From assembly GCA_023334545.1 (NCBI GenBank), contig JAADVB010000002.1, forward strand, positions 1 to 64,000: a stretch of DNA of 64,000 nt, written 5' to 3'. Under the pieces are notes generated by a model that made no database searches, had not been told where the DNA came from, and worked only from the letters and a program-made list of their open reading frames with translations. A program made the position numbers and the translations under genes. Numbering within the stretch: position 1 is the first letter of the stretch; each line of letters begins with the position of its first letter. Shown here piece after piece: positions 12,126 through 22,672 of the stretch. This stretch comes from Salisapilia sapeloensis CBS 127946 (Eukaryota > Protista > Oomycota).

Positions 12126-12907
12126 ATGGTGGTCACGAGACGAAGTCAGCGTATGCAGGGCACGGAGGATGCGCCAGTGGCGTCGAAAGGCATGGAAAAC
12201 AAGGTCGTGATGGACGAAGAGGAGGCTGTAGAGGAGCTGGCAACGAATGCGACTAATGCAATTGAATCGGAGGACGATGAGGCGCCGGAAGCCGTGTCGA
12301 CGTCGACTGCCAAGGAGATGGCGATGGAGCAGATGCGTCACGAGAAGCAAGCTCGAGCGCAGGCGAGTAAAAAGTAGGATGCTTTGGATGGAGTATTTAG
12401 ATGCATTTGCTTATGGATGGTATAATAGGAAGCGTAAGGGTCGATCGAATAAACGTAGTGAAGAGCATGAAGATGCTGGAGAGAGTGAGGACGCTGATCC
12501 GGAAGAGCAGGAGCCAGAGGCGGAAGTTGTGGAGACGCAGGTAGCTACAGATGCAACGGAGGAATTGCCTGAAGACGTCATATCGGCTTTAGCAGCTCGT
12601 GAAGCGTATGTAGTGTATATGCATCCGATCGTATGCCCACGAGTACTCATTCCTTCTCTACAGAAATGACGAGACCGAGGAGGTATCAACGAACGATAAG
12701 CCGAAGAAGATTACAAGCAAGCGTAAGACGCACATTCGACAGTTTGGGAATATCAAAGTCCAGTCGCTCGATACGTTCTCGAGTGATACATCGTCACAAA
12801 AGTTAAGTACTAGTGCAGAAGACTTCTTGTTGCGCATGACAGCTCCGAAACGTCAGCGTATGGACGTGCTCGAAGGTCATCCAGCATACTTTTGCCGCAA
12901 AAGTTAA
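12126..12907 (+). CDS. Acidic/basic low-complexity protein, possibly NOL7/Bud21(Utp16)-like
   Basis: ATG at 12126 and two inferred introns; EDDEAPEAVS motif and K/R-rich stretches; stop TAA at 12905-12907. Confidence 0.5.
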
Positions 12908-12972
12908 TACACTTTCTATAACCATTTCCATCAACCTAGTTTGCTTCTCTACTTGCCTCCATCGATTGCTGT

Positions 12973-15606
12973 CTACTGTGTCTTAGAGTTCTCTTGTGGA
13001 CGGACGTCTGGACGCTCAAGTGTCTTGGAGCAATAGGACGAAAAGACCTTCCAGATACCTGGGACTTTGTACTTGGATGCCGACTGGAGGAACGTCATGA
13101 GTCGATCGCGCGTGATGACACCCATGAGCTTTCCTGAGCGAGTGAGGTAGACGTTGGTGAGCTTGAGCATCCGGAAGAGGTTATCAACTCGTCGCATGGG
13201 TGTCATTTCCATCACTTGGAACGGTGACGGGTCGACCAAGACCGTTAGTCTCGTGCGTGTACAGACGTGGTTGGTGCCCCAGTCCATGATCTTCCCACCA
13301 CGTCGGAAAGCTAGGTGCATCGGTAGCGACAAGAGACCTTTATCCCTATCACTGGACGCTCCCGGCAGCTCATAATCAGGAGACTGCCAGCCACCTCCGT
13401 CCAAGTTCGTACCATAGGAAGGACGTGGACTGGAGGAGTGTATGCCTTCCTCTAGCATATAAGTCGCTGCATTTTCCTTGGAAGTGGATCGTGGTGGATC
13501 CTTATGAAAGCCAAAGGAAGAACCAAGCGTCGCTATCATGTCTGACCTTGAAGATCTAGCAGCTCCACTTTCTGATTCCTTTTGTTTGCTTTTACCTACC
13601 ACGTACTCTACGGCTTGCACGAGTCTAGCTCGAGACACAGTAGCAAGTAGGAATTGGTTCTCGTGACTGTCGACGATTGGAAGGACTTGGGCGTTAGTGT
13701 CTTGAAGAACGTCAAGTGCTTCTTCGTACGTAGAATCTGCACTGAGGACTTTCATGTGATGGATGTCTCGCATCACTTCCCACGCTGGGATGTCATACGC
13801 TGCCTTTGGTAACTTGACTAGACGAGGAAGGTAGTTGGTCGTGATGAGCAGGTCGTAGACGTTGTCAGAGAAGCGGCGGGCAGTAAAGTAGGATGCGAGG
13901 ATAGCTACGGACACGGGGAGGTTGAGTGTATCGTTGTGCGAGATCTCCATGATGATGACCGCCGTGGAGATGGCGTGCGTGACACCAGAGGAGAAGGCAC
14001 CAGCACCGACGATGGCGTACATGAAAGGTCTGTACTGGGTCGAGATCAAGTCAAAGGCTTGGATGGCTTCGCCCACGAGTCGACCAAAGATGCCGCCGAT
14101 GACAAACGTCGGTGTGAAGAGACCGGCAGGAATGGGAAGCGTGACGCTGAGGAGCGTTAAAAGAAATTTTAGAGGTAGATAAGTGATGAGAGACCTCGAT
14201 AGCAATCTACTTTCCTCTTCCTGATGATGATCCGAGTCATCTATTTCAGAAAAGAGGGAGCCGAGGATACTTCGAGGTGAACCGTGATGGATGAACCACG
14301 CAACATCTCCGTAGAACTCGGTGAGGCATGCAAAGAGCGTGATGCCACCGACGAGAAGGAGACGACGGGTCAACTCATTGTGGAAGAGGTCAGATTGGTG
14401 CAAGAACGCCTCACGAGCGTAGACTAGTAACGAAACAAAATAGTTAAAAAGAGCTCCTCCAAGGCCACAGGTGACACCTATAGCGACGAAGACAGCAAAC
14501 TCAGTCAATGTAAAGGACTCTAGATCGCTCGTGACACTCGCGATACCCAAGTTGAGGTCGCCAAAGAGACCGTAGCGAGTGTTAGACGTGACAAAGTTGA
14601 CTAATAGAGCTCCGACGATTGCAGCGAAGAAAGATCTAGGGAGTGTCCGGACGAGGTAAAAGTGCGACGTGACTTCGACGCCGAATAGGACTCCTCCAAA
14701 TGGTGAACCGAACGTAGCGGCAACTCCGGCAGAGCAAGCGCATGCTAGCATTTCTAAACGCTTCGTCTCGTCTTCAAAGATACGAGTGAAGATAGATAAA
14801 TTGGCCATGAGCACATGTGCAAAGCCACAAGCAATCATGATGAACGGTCCCTCTTTACCGATCGACAAGGCTGCAGCATAGGCTAGCAAAAGTCCAACAG
14901 TCTTAACAAGGACACTACGAAGTGTGAGGTAAGTCGACATGTCGACTCCTGATAATGCGACCTTCATAAATGGCAATCCGGATCCGGCAGCTTCTGGGCT
15001 TACAAAGTAGACGAGAGCAGTCGATCCACAGGCACAACAGAGTGCTACGAGAATAAAGTAGACGATATTTATCTCGGAGAGCCAACTATGGAATCGAGCG
15101 ATTTGTACGAGGCCCATGTCCATGATTAACCCAATGACGCCGGAGAAAGATCCGATGGCTAGGAGCAAGAGGGGACTTTGCACGAGCACAAGTAGCGCAT
15201 GTAGACCTTTATATGGCTCGGGAATGTACGTCGAGTGAAAGGAATTGTCTAATTCGACGGATTTGGACCTCGCTCGACGCCTCGCACCTTCATCTCGTTC
15301 ATCTTCCTCCGACAGCGCTCGCAATCGATCGACTTTGCGATCTAAGTACGGGTCCTCAATCCTCGCCATGATGCTGTCCCGACGGGAGAGCGGGGACAGC
15401 GTGTGTCGCCGCAAAGCATGCACTTCCTCTGCATTCTCTTTCTTATCAAGCGAGCTAAGGATTGAATCGACATTCGGCGGCAGGGACATTCGCTTGTGAT
15501 TCCCACGGCTCGTTTCGTCCATCTCTCGTCCAGCGTTAGGACGTGATGTCGAAAAGAGCTTTTGGTAGATGGATGGACTTGTTGGTGGTGTCTCGTTCTC
15601 CGCCAT
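12973..15606 (-). CDS. CLC chloride channel with CBS domains
   Basis: GSGLP, GKEGP, GGVLFGVEVT, PAGLFTPTFVIG and NVYD motifs plus two C-terminal CBS domains; first ATG at 15606. Confidence 0.95.
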   Translation of the reverse strand: MAENETPPTSPSIYQKLFSTSRPNAGREMDETSRGNHKRMSLPPNVDSILSSLDKKENAEEVHALRRHTLSPLSRRDSIMARIEDPYLDRKVDRLRALSEEDERDEGARRRARSKSVELDNSFHSTYIPEPYKGLHALLVLVQSPLLLLAIGSFSGVIGLIMDMGLVQIARFHSWLSEINIVYFILVALCCACGSTALVYFVSPEAAGSGLPFMKVALSGVDMSTYLTLRSVLVKTVGLLLAYAAALSIGKEGPFIMIACGFAHVLMANLSIFTRIFEDETKRLEMLACACSAGVAATFGSPFGGVLFGVEVTSHFYLVRTLPRSFFAAIVGALLVNFVTSNTRYGLFGDLNLGIASVTSDLESFTLTEFAVFVAIGVTCGLGGALFNYFVSLLVYAREAFLHQSDLFHNELTRRLLLVGGITLFACLTEFYGDVAWFIHHGSPRSILGSLFSEIDDSDHHQEEESRLLSRSLITYLPLKFLLTLLSVTLPIPAGLFTPTFVIGGIFGRLVGEAIQAFDLISTQYRPFMYAIVGAGAFSSGVTHAISTAVIIMEISHNDTLNLPVSVAILASYFTARRFSDNVYDLLITTNYLPRLVKLPKAAYDIPAWEVMRDIHHMKVLSADSTYEEALDVLQDTNAQVLPIVDSHENQFLLATVSRARLVQAVEYVVGKSKQKESESGAARSSRSDMIATLGSSFGFHKDPPRSTSKENAATYMLEEGIHSSSPRPSYGTNLDGGGWQSPDYELPGASSDRDKGLLSLPMHLAFRRGGKIMDWGTNHVCTRTRLTVLVDPSPFQVMEMTPMRRVDNLFRMLKLTNVYLTRSGKLMGVITRDRLMTFLQSASKYKVPGIWKVFSSYCSKTLERPDVRPQENSKTQ

Positions 15607-15697
15607 AATATCTCTTCCGTTAGATGACAAGGATCGAATGGTAGCACAAGTTCAAGTACCGATGTACTAATAAAGTTTAAAAAGATTCTTTTTATTC

Positions 15698-18600
15698 CTA
15701 CTTGGAGCTACGTTCACTGCGTTCGAGAAGCCGTTTCTCGTAGATATTGTTAATATCTCGGGATGCGCGTGCCTGCTCTTCTTTATCATGCCAAAATCGA
15801 GGTGTCTCAATCACATGGGCAGCTTTACTTGCCTGTCGATTTAGTCCAAACATCTTTTTCGATGATCCGTACTCAAAGGCTGGCCAGCTCTTACGAGGTT
15901 CAGGCATGGCTGAAGACGGCTCGGATGTAATGGAGTGGAAATCTATGTCGCTCGGACGACTAGCAGTGCTAGATCGTCGAGCTTGACCAGATTCGGTCTT
16001 GAGCTGGCGAAGGGAAAAGCGAGGTCCGTGGTGCTGAGAGTACTTGAGTGGCTTGTACTTGAGGTGATCGCCACTACTTGATCGAGATAGGTTCCGGATC
16101 ACGAGATGCGCCTCGTATGAAAGTTTTAGCTCGTGCACTGGATCGTAGATCCGAGCCACACGCTTCGGATCTACGTCGCACGTCATGCCGCGCAGAGGCA
16201 GGTTACTATGGAACGAATCGACTGCCTGTTTAGCTGCTACGTCCGAGTCATACGTCGCAGCTACCTCAGCAGCTTTCTCTTTAATGGAAGGATCCATCAG
16301 CCCTCGGAAGGCATTGGAGAGAACGTCGGGCGAGAGCAAGTCACTCCGCTCGATCGGAGACAGACCGACGTTGGACTCATGCACCGCTTTGCCCCACAGT
16401 CGCTGCGTCACGTTCCCAGGCACAATGCACGTGGGCTTTCCATGCGAGAGACACAAGGACGTGATGGAGAGGTCACCCCAGTGGATGACTGCAGACACGT
16501 ACGGGACGATGTGAGTCATGGGCAACGCTCGACTAATCTCGAGCACACGCTCGCCCGAACGCAGCGGGACATCAATGGAATCTACGAAAGTCTGCAAAAC
16601 CACTACTACTCCAGCCTCACTCGCAGCATCATCCACGACCTTGAGCAGCTTTGCCTGCATCTCACTATCTCTATCGCCTTCCATAAAGGCAAAGAAGACG
16701 ACCTCCATGTCGCTATGTTTCTCAACAAATAACCGTAGACCGTCTTCCACAGCGTCCAACTGTTCTGGCTGGTCCACATGATAGTCGTCCGTCAATGTAT
16801 CTCGCCCGACATACCCAGCCACCGATATTTCGCTTCCCCAGTCCAATGGTTTCGACAGCAGTATCTCGTTCCAGAGAAAAGTATACGGCACCTTCCACTC
16901 GGCCAAGAGGTTCGCGCCGATGCTACGTCCTAGGAGCCCTAGATGGTCTCGCATATCATCGAGCAAGTCCTTTGCCTCTATCCAAATGAGTTTTGAGATG
17001 ATATCGTACGATAAAAAGTGACTAGGAGAGTAGTTGAACAGGTCGATGGTCTCCAAGGAAGACGCCATCGGGTGTGGGAACGCCTGTGTACGTGCGAGTG
17101 GCGTGTGCGCCATGCAGTGAAGAGGCACACCCAGTCGCTCGGCGACGATCGTCTGGCCGAGAAGGAATGGGTGGCTGATGATCGCATCTGCACGGAACGC
17201 TGCACCAGGGTAAAGTGGATCTGCTTCGACGCAGGAAGAGTATAGCGACAGCATGAGTTCCTTGAGCTCTGCTTTCTCCGGATAAGCATCGAAGGATCGA
17301 CGGAGACGATGGTGTCTCATGTGCAGCACATCCTTCTTTTTCATATCGCCCCGATACTTGTCACTGACAAAGCGTAGGAACTTGTCAATAGTCGACGTAC
17401 GTCCTTCCAGCGGGAAGAACTCGAGGCCGACTTGTGTGACACGATCGCGATAAGCACCATTCGTCGCGATACGTACGCGATGTCCATACGCTTGGAGCTT
17501 GAGACCGATGGCAACATACTGCTGGACGTTTTCCACCCAACTTCCAGACGTCATGAGACAAATGTTGAGCTTTGGGATCGATTGAGAAGGCAGAGCGTCG
17601 ATGCGTTCCTTACGTAGCGCATCCTCGTCTTCTGCGATGTCATACAGACGTTCCATCTCGTCTGTACTAAGCGTTGCGTTGTCTGGATTCTCAAACTCTA
17701 CCGATAATTCTCCTCCCGCGAAGTGAGCGCCTCGAACACGCACTTTACTACGTACAAGCTCTGCATCATGGACACTTGGCGAGCTCATTCGTGGCTCGAG
17801 CGTCCAGTCTTCATCGTCACTGGATGCCATGAGCTTCTGAAAGTTATCTTCAATCTCCTTCTTCTCTTCTGCACTTAAATAGACAGCAATTTGATCGGAC
17901 AGATCGACACTCGTGTCGACGTAAATATCTTCATCGGGACTCATCGTCGCTTTATAAGCTGGTGCGTTCCCAGATCCTTCACCACCAAAGACACTGAGCA
18001 CACGGTTCTCCATCAAGACACTTCCTTTCTTCCGCTGATCAGATGATCGACGGTGGTTGTATGCACCCGTCGCGACATGGTCTGTTAGCTGCGCCACGCC
18101 TTGTAGCGGATGGATAAGGATGCTCCCGACAATACCTTTCGCGAGACCGATGGCCGCACCTGCTGCGCCATGTTCACGATACCCTCTCTTAGGCTGCAGC
18201 ACAATGTCCTTGACGCCATCTGCGACTTCATGCAGCAACGCACCAGTGCCGGAACTAAAGCCACTCCAGGCAGTATTCGGTCCACGTGCCGAGTAGTCGA
18301 CAAAGTGGTAGTCGACGACGTCTCGCATAGAGTTTTCGACTCGAGACGTGACGACGTATTCACATGGATCACATAGCTTCATCTTGTCTTTCTTACTCCA
18401 TTTCGTTGCCGCTCGATTACAGTCCAAGTCACAGCGCATGGCATCAAGCGGCAGGTGCTGATAGAACGCATGGACTGCACCTCCTGCACCATCCTCTCGG
18501 TTCATAATCGCACTCAAGTTCTCAGCATTCTGACGTATCTCTGGATCCTTTAGCTGTTCAAACGCGTCTCGAAACTTGTCCTTATTCATCTGCGAGATCG

Positions 18601-20052
18601 GACACGGCTCGACACCGACGCCAGCGTCGACGACGGCACGTCCCCAGAACGGTTGGTCGCCAAAGAAGGGCGTGATGAACGTCGGTTTGCCTGCTAATAG
18701 ACCTGCAGCAGTGGTACCGGCGCCACCGTGGTGGATGACTGCCGAGACACGAGGCATGAGCCAGTCATGGGGACAATTACCGATGATAAGGACATTGTCC
18801 GGTATCTCCATGCCGACCTCATCTGACATGTTGCTCCAACTGGACTGGATGAGCACGCGTACATTCGCTTCATTCGCAGCTTCGATGATCATTTGCGTCG
18901 TTAGCACTGGCTTGTTGATGACCATCGAGCCAAAGCCGATGAAGATAGGACCATCTTCATGGCTGAGGAACTCCTCGAGTTCCGGTGGAGGCGAGTAGTC
19001 CGATGGACCGGACTTGAGCGTGACTGTCCCGATGACGTCGTAGAGTGGACCCCAGTCCTTTGGTTTGGGCACAAGCGCTGGGCTCCACATGAACGAGTGC
19101 GGGATGGCGAGGTCCAGCAGGATATCACGACCGCCATCGCCCTTACGGATCTTGCGCAGACCGAGCGTGTGCTTCCGGAAGTGGTTGACCATACCTTCGA
19201 TGCCTTGCCACATTAGCAAATCGACCATCTTGTAGCTCAAGTAGTTCTTCCGCATGGGTTTCCCTGTGTACGGGAGGTTGGCGAGTGGATGTGGGAAGGC
19301 AGTAGTAGGGACCCATGGCTGTGGGAACATGATGTGGAGAGGGACACCCAGTCGTTCCGCGACATGGATATGTCCGTACGAGACTGGGTTCGAGATAATC
19401 GCGTGGGCATGGAACGGATCTCCTTCAATCCCTTCGCCATGCGCATCTGGATCTGGAGCCGAGACTGCAGGCCACGTGCTATGGAGGATTTCATCGATCA
19501 TCTGCCTATTCCGAGGTACATCCTTTTGCAAGTTTTCCAGCTTGAGTGGAATAATGTGTCCTGAAGAGCGTAGATAGCATTAGTACTAGACATTTAGGAC
19601 GTTTAGAATGGTAAGGTACCTTGTGTTCGGACCATATACTCTGCTAATTCCTTCGGGTCTCCTCCAAGCGGATAGAACTCGATGCCGTAGCCGGTGACGA
19701 ATTCACGATAGTTTGCATGCGTTGCAAGCCGTACACGATGTCCATCGCGTTGCAATCGCTTTGCGACCGCAATGAACGGCTGGACATCCCCTCTCGTACC
19801 CACGACCAGAATGCAAATGTTCATTCTCGGGACACTCTGGTCAAGGAATGTACTCCTATTATTCTGCGTGTCCTTGTACTGTTGTCGAGCTTCCGTCTCT
19901 TTCTGTATCGCCTGTATATCGTACTCGTCATCCGGGTTATCAAACGTCAGGTTAATCCGTCCATTCTGGTCGTAATTGGCCGCCGCTTGACAAATGTCCA
20001 TGGCCTCGGCGGTATTCGCCTCCCCTTTACTATTCTGTCGTATACTCTGCAT
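15698..20052 (-). CDS. Sterol 3-beta-glucosyltransferase-like (GT1/UGT80) with a second, degenerate GT module
   Basis: Exon 1 carries GTRGDVQP; then AFPHP, FIGFGSM, HHGGAGT, PFFGDQPFWG, followed by a second GT28-N/UDPGT-like copy. One intron at about 19560-19615. Confidence 0.9.
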
Positions 20053-20428
20053 GGCTCGCTTGAGCTTTTCCTATGCCAAACGTCATGTCTCATTCAGATC
20101 AAGTAGCTATATCACAGATATACTTTGGCTCGAGCTTGTTCTCTCTCCATCCTTCTTGTTCGATGAGCGGGAAGAGTGTAAATGCACCACCTGTTCCTAG
20201 TCTGAAGAGATGATGACAAGAAGACATCATCATATACTATCGGTCATAAGACCGAGGAAAGAAGAGGTAGGTAGATAGAGAGGTAGGTAGAAGTGAAAAG
20301 TAGACGATTGGTTTATTTCATTCCTAGCATCGACATCCGTCGCCATGCATCTTCCTGCTACTGTCTCCAAGTAAAAGAAAAGAATCGAGAGAAAAAAAAG
20401 AAAAGCACGATACGCCACGTAGAGAACG

Positions 20429-21253
20429 TTAGATCCAGACACCATCGTCTTCCTCTTGCTCGTTCGTTGATGTCGGTGTCTGCGTCTCCACTGCCTTGGC
20501 TTTCGCGGCGGCCTTCATCGAAGACTCGCGTTTCATACGAGCACTACCGTAGGAGACGGCAAACTCGAGCGTGAGGAACCACGACATTTTCTCTTCGGCC
20601 GAGTCAAAGCACAGTTTGATCGTCCGACTGCGGTTTAAAGACGCGATGAGACCATACCGCTTGCCGTCCCACTCGTCGACGGAGCGGACGAGGCCGGATA
20701 ATGCTAATTCTCGATCTTCTTCCTTCTCTCTGTCCTCTTCCTCTGCTTCGTAGCAGGAGAAACTGTCATTGTTGATCACGACAAAGTAGCGAGTCCACAC
20801 ATCATCATCTGTGAGGCAGTGCGCCCACCCATCTTTGTATGTTTGTGCTTTCTTCTTCTGCGGTTGCTTGCAGACAGATGAGAGGACGGCGAGCCAAGCA
20901 GCGTACGCGACGTGGGTGTCGGCAATCACGTGCACTTCCTTGCCGTTTGTCAAATGTAGTGTCAGCCCATTGTGATCGGTAGTGGACTTCGAGACGTCAT
21001 GAATTTCGAGGCTTCCACGCGGCGTCCGAGACGTGTCTTCGCTCTCGTAGTACGTCATCGTTCGGCCAGCGAGCGTGAAGAATCGACGCGGCCAGGAACG
21101 CAGCGTCTCCTTCTGCTTTCTCATCCATCCTTGCATCACAATGTCATTGTCATCGGAGCGCCTGGACGAGTCCGTCGAGCTAGATTCTGGGTTGGAGTCC
21201 ATGGAGCGAGAGGAACTGCCGCGCATAATGTCTCGAAAGCTACCTCCGGCCAT
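20429..21253 (-). CDS. Tandem PH-domain protein
   Basis: MQGWMRKQ...SWPRRFFTL...WLAVL, then KDGWAHC...WTRYFVVI...EEKMSWFLTL. Confidence 0.85.
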   Translation of the reverse strand: MAGGSFRDIMRGSSSRSMDSNPESSSTDSSRRSDDNDIVMQGWMRKQKETLRSWPRRFFTLAGRTMTYYESEDTSRTPRGSLEIHDVSKSTTDHNGLTLHLTNGKEVHVIADTHVAYAAWLAVLSSVCKQPQKKKAQTYKDGWAHCLTDDDVWTRYFVVINNDSFSCYEAEEEDREKEEDRELALSGLVRSVDEWDGKRYGLIASLNRSRTIKLCFDSAEEKMSWFLTLEFAVSYGSARMKRESSMKAAAKAKAVETQTPTSTNEQEEDDGVWI

Positions 21254-22107
21254 TCTACTGGATCAAGACAATCGACTACGAGAGGCACAGTTGGTATAGC
21301 TGGTAACGCGTCGGTTGTGGAAAGGATGGATGAAATGTACCAACGAGGAAGCCGGTACAAAAAGTCACACACGCACACAAACGAGTTTCTTGTATTCGCA
21401 ACGACGATTGCTTGTCAATGATACAACGACCACAAGAACGCTGGCGTTGGTACGATAAAGTGAGTGAAGGGGGGAAGATGCGATACGACGCCTACTTGAC
21501 GTACCTTATGCGTCAACGAATACAATGCTGCAAGAGCGGAAGAAAGCACGTGCGTTTGTCTCGCCCTGGTCGCTCGCGCGCTGCTCGATTCGACGGCATA
21601 CTCGGTCAAGTACGACGCGTGAACCCAGCGTTTGTACCACTGCTGTGCCTCCTGTGGGTACGTCTCTCTTGTTCACAACGTCGGACGACCCTCTTGGTTT
21701 CTTACAACTCCCACCTGGTTGTTTCCTTTTTTCACTTCTGGTGGCTGTATAAAAAGGCTTTTTCAGTGGATGTACGGATGTATATCGTATCTATCCATTA
21801 TGCAAACTTCTATCGGCTTGTAGCTATTGGCAAGCGCTTGGAGACTGTTGATCTGTTGTCGACGGTCTCCTGATCGGAAACAGCTTTTTTTACACAAAAA
21901 ATCTTTTTGCAGATAGATTTTCAACTTAAATTTTGACGTTGAAGTTAGGTTGCAGTCTATTTAATTTAAAAGATAAAACGATCATGAAAAGATGGACGCG
22001 AAAGAACTTTCGAATGCAAAAAATTGGATTCGGAATGCCTTCGATCTTTGCATTCTTGGTGTCTCCCGAACTCATTCATCAATTTGCAAGCAACCAAGTA
22101 AACAAAC

Positions 22108-22587
22108 ATGTCTTCCTCCATCGAACAAGAGTGTGGCGAGTACAAGAACCGCGTCAAGGAATGCTACGCCGACTGGTTTGACCGACTTTGGCAAGGCTCG
22201 TGGGACAGCGCTCACTGTGAGCAGGAAGTCCACGACTACCGCTCCTGCGTCCAGAACGTCTTGTGGCGACGCAAGGAAGAAGAGAAGCGATACGGTCGTC
22301 AGCAAAAGGAAGAAGTGAAGGACACGGCCTCCAGCTACTGGGAGACGGCCAAGGAAAAGGAACAGAACTTGGCGCAAACTGCTCGACAGAAGGAAACCGA
22401 GTGGATGGACTCTGCTCGTGCTGCCAAGGACGCTGTCGTGAACACTTTTGTGAGCGGCAAGGAAGAAGCCAAGGACAAGGCGGACGAGACGCGTCGTAGT
22501 GCGAACACGACTGCCCAGCAAGCGCAAAACAAGGCTGAGGCCTACAAGGAAAAGGCTAAGAGCGAGTACCACGACCGTCGTAACTAG
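22108..22587 (+). CDS. MDM35: Mdm35/TRIAP1-like twin CX9C protein with LEA-like tail
   Basis: MSSSIEQECGEYKNRVKECYADWF...HCEQEVHDYRSCV matches Mdm35/TRIAP1 spacing; the tail is rich in A/K/E/Q/T. Confidence 0.75.
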   Translation: MSSSIEQECGEYKNRVKECYADWFDRLWQGSWDSAHCEQEVHDYRSCVQNVLWRRKEEEKRYGRQQKEEVKDTASSYWETAKEKEQNLAQTARQKETEWMDSARAAKDAVVNTFVSGKEEAKDKADETRRSANTTAQQAQNKAEAYKEKAKSEYHDRRN

Positions 22588-22672
22588 ATTGGCGTAATGA
22601 ACGAGAAATAATAAGGTATTTCAGACTCTCCGTTGAAGGATGGCATTGTATTCTCGAATGTAGGCATCAAGG

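Noticed and set aside
21490-21700. Frame ...VKYDA*TQRLYHCCASCGY suggesting a selenoprotein or zinc ribbon
   Set aside because: No family match, no SECIS identified, and TGA read-through is unsupported.
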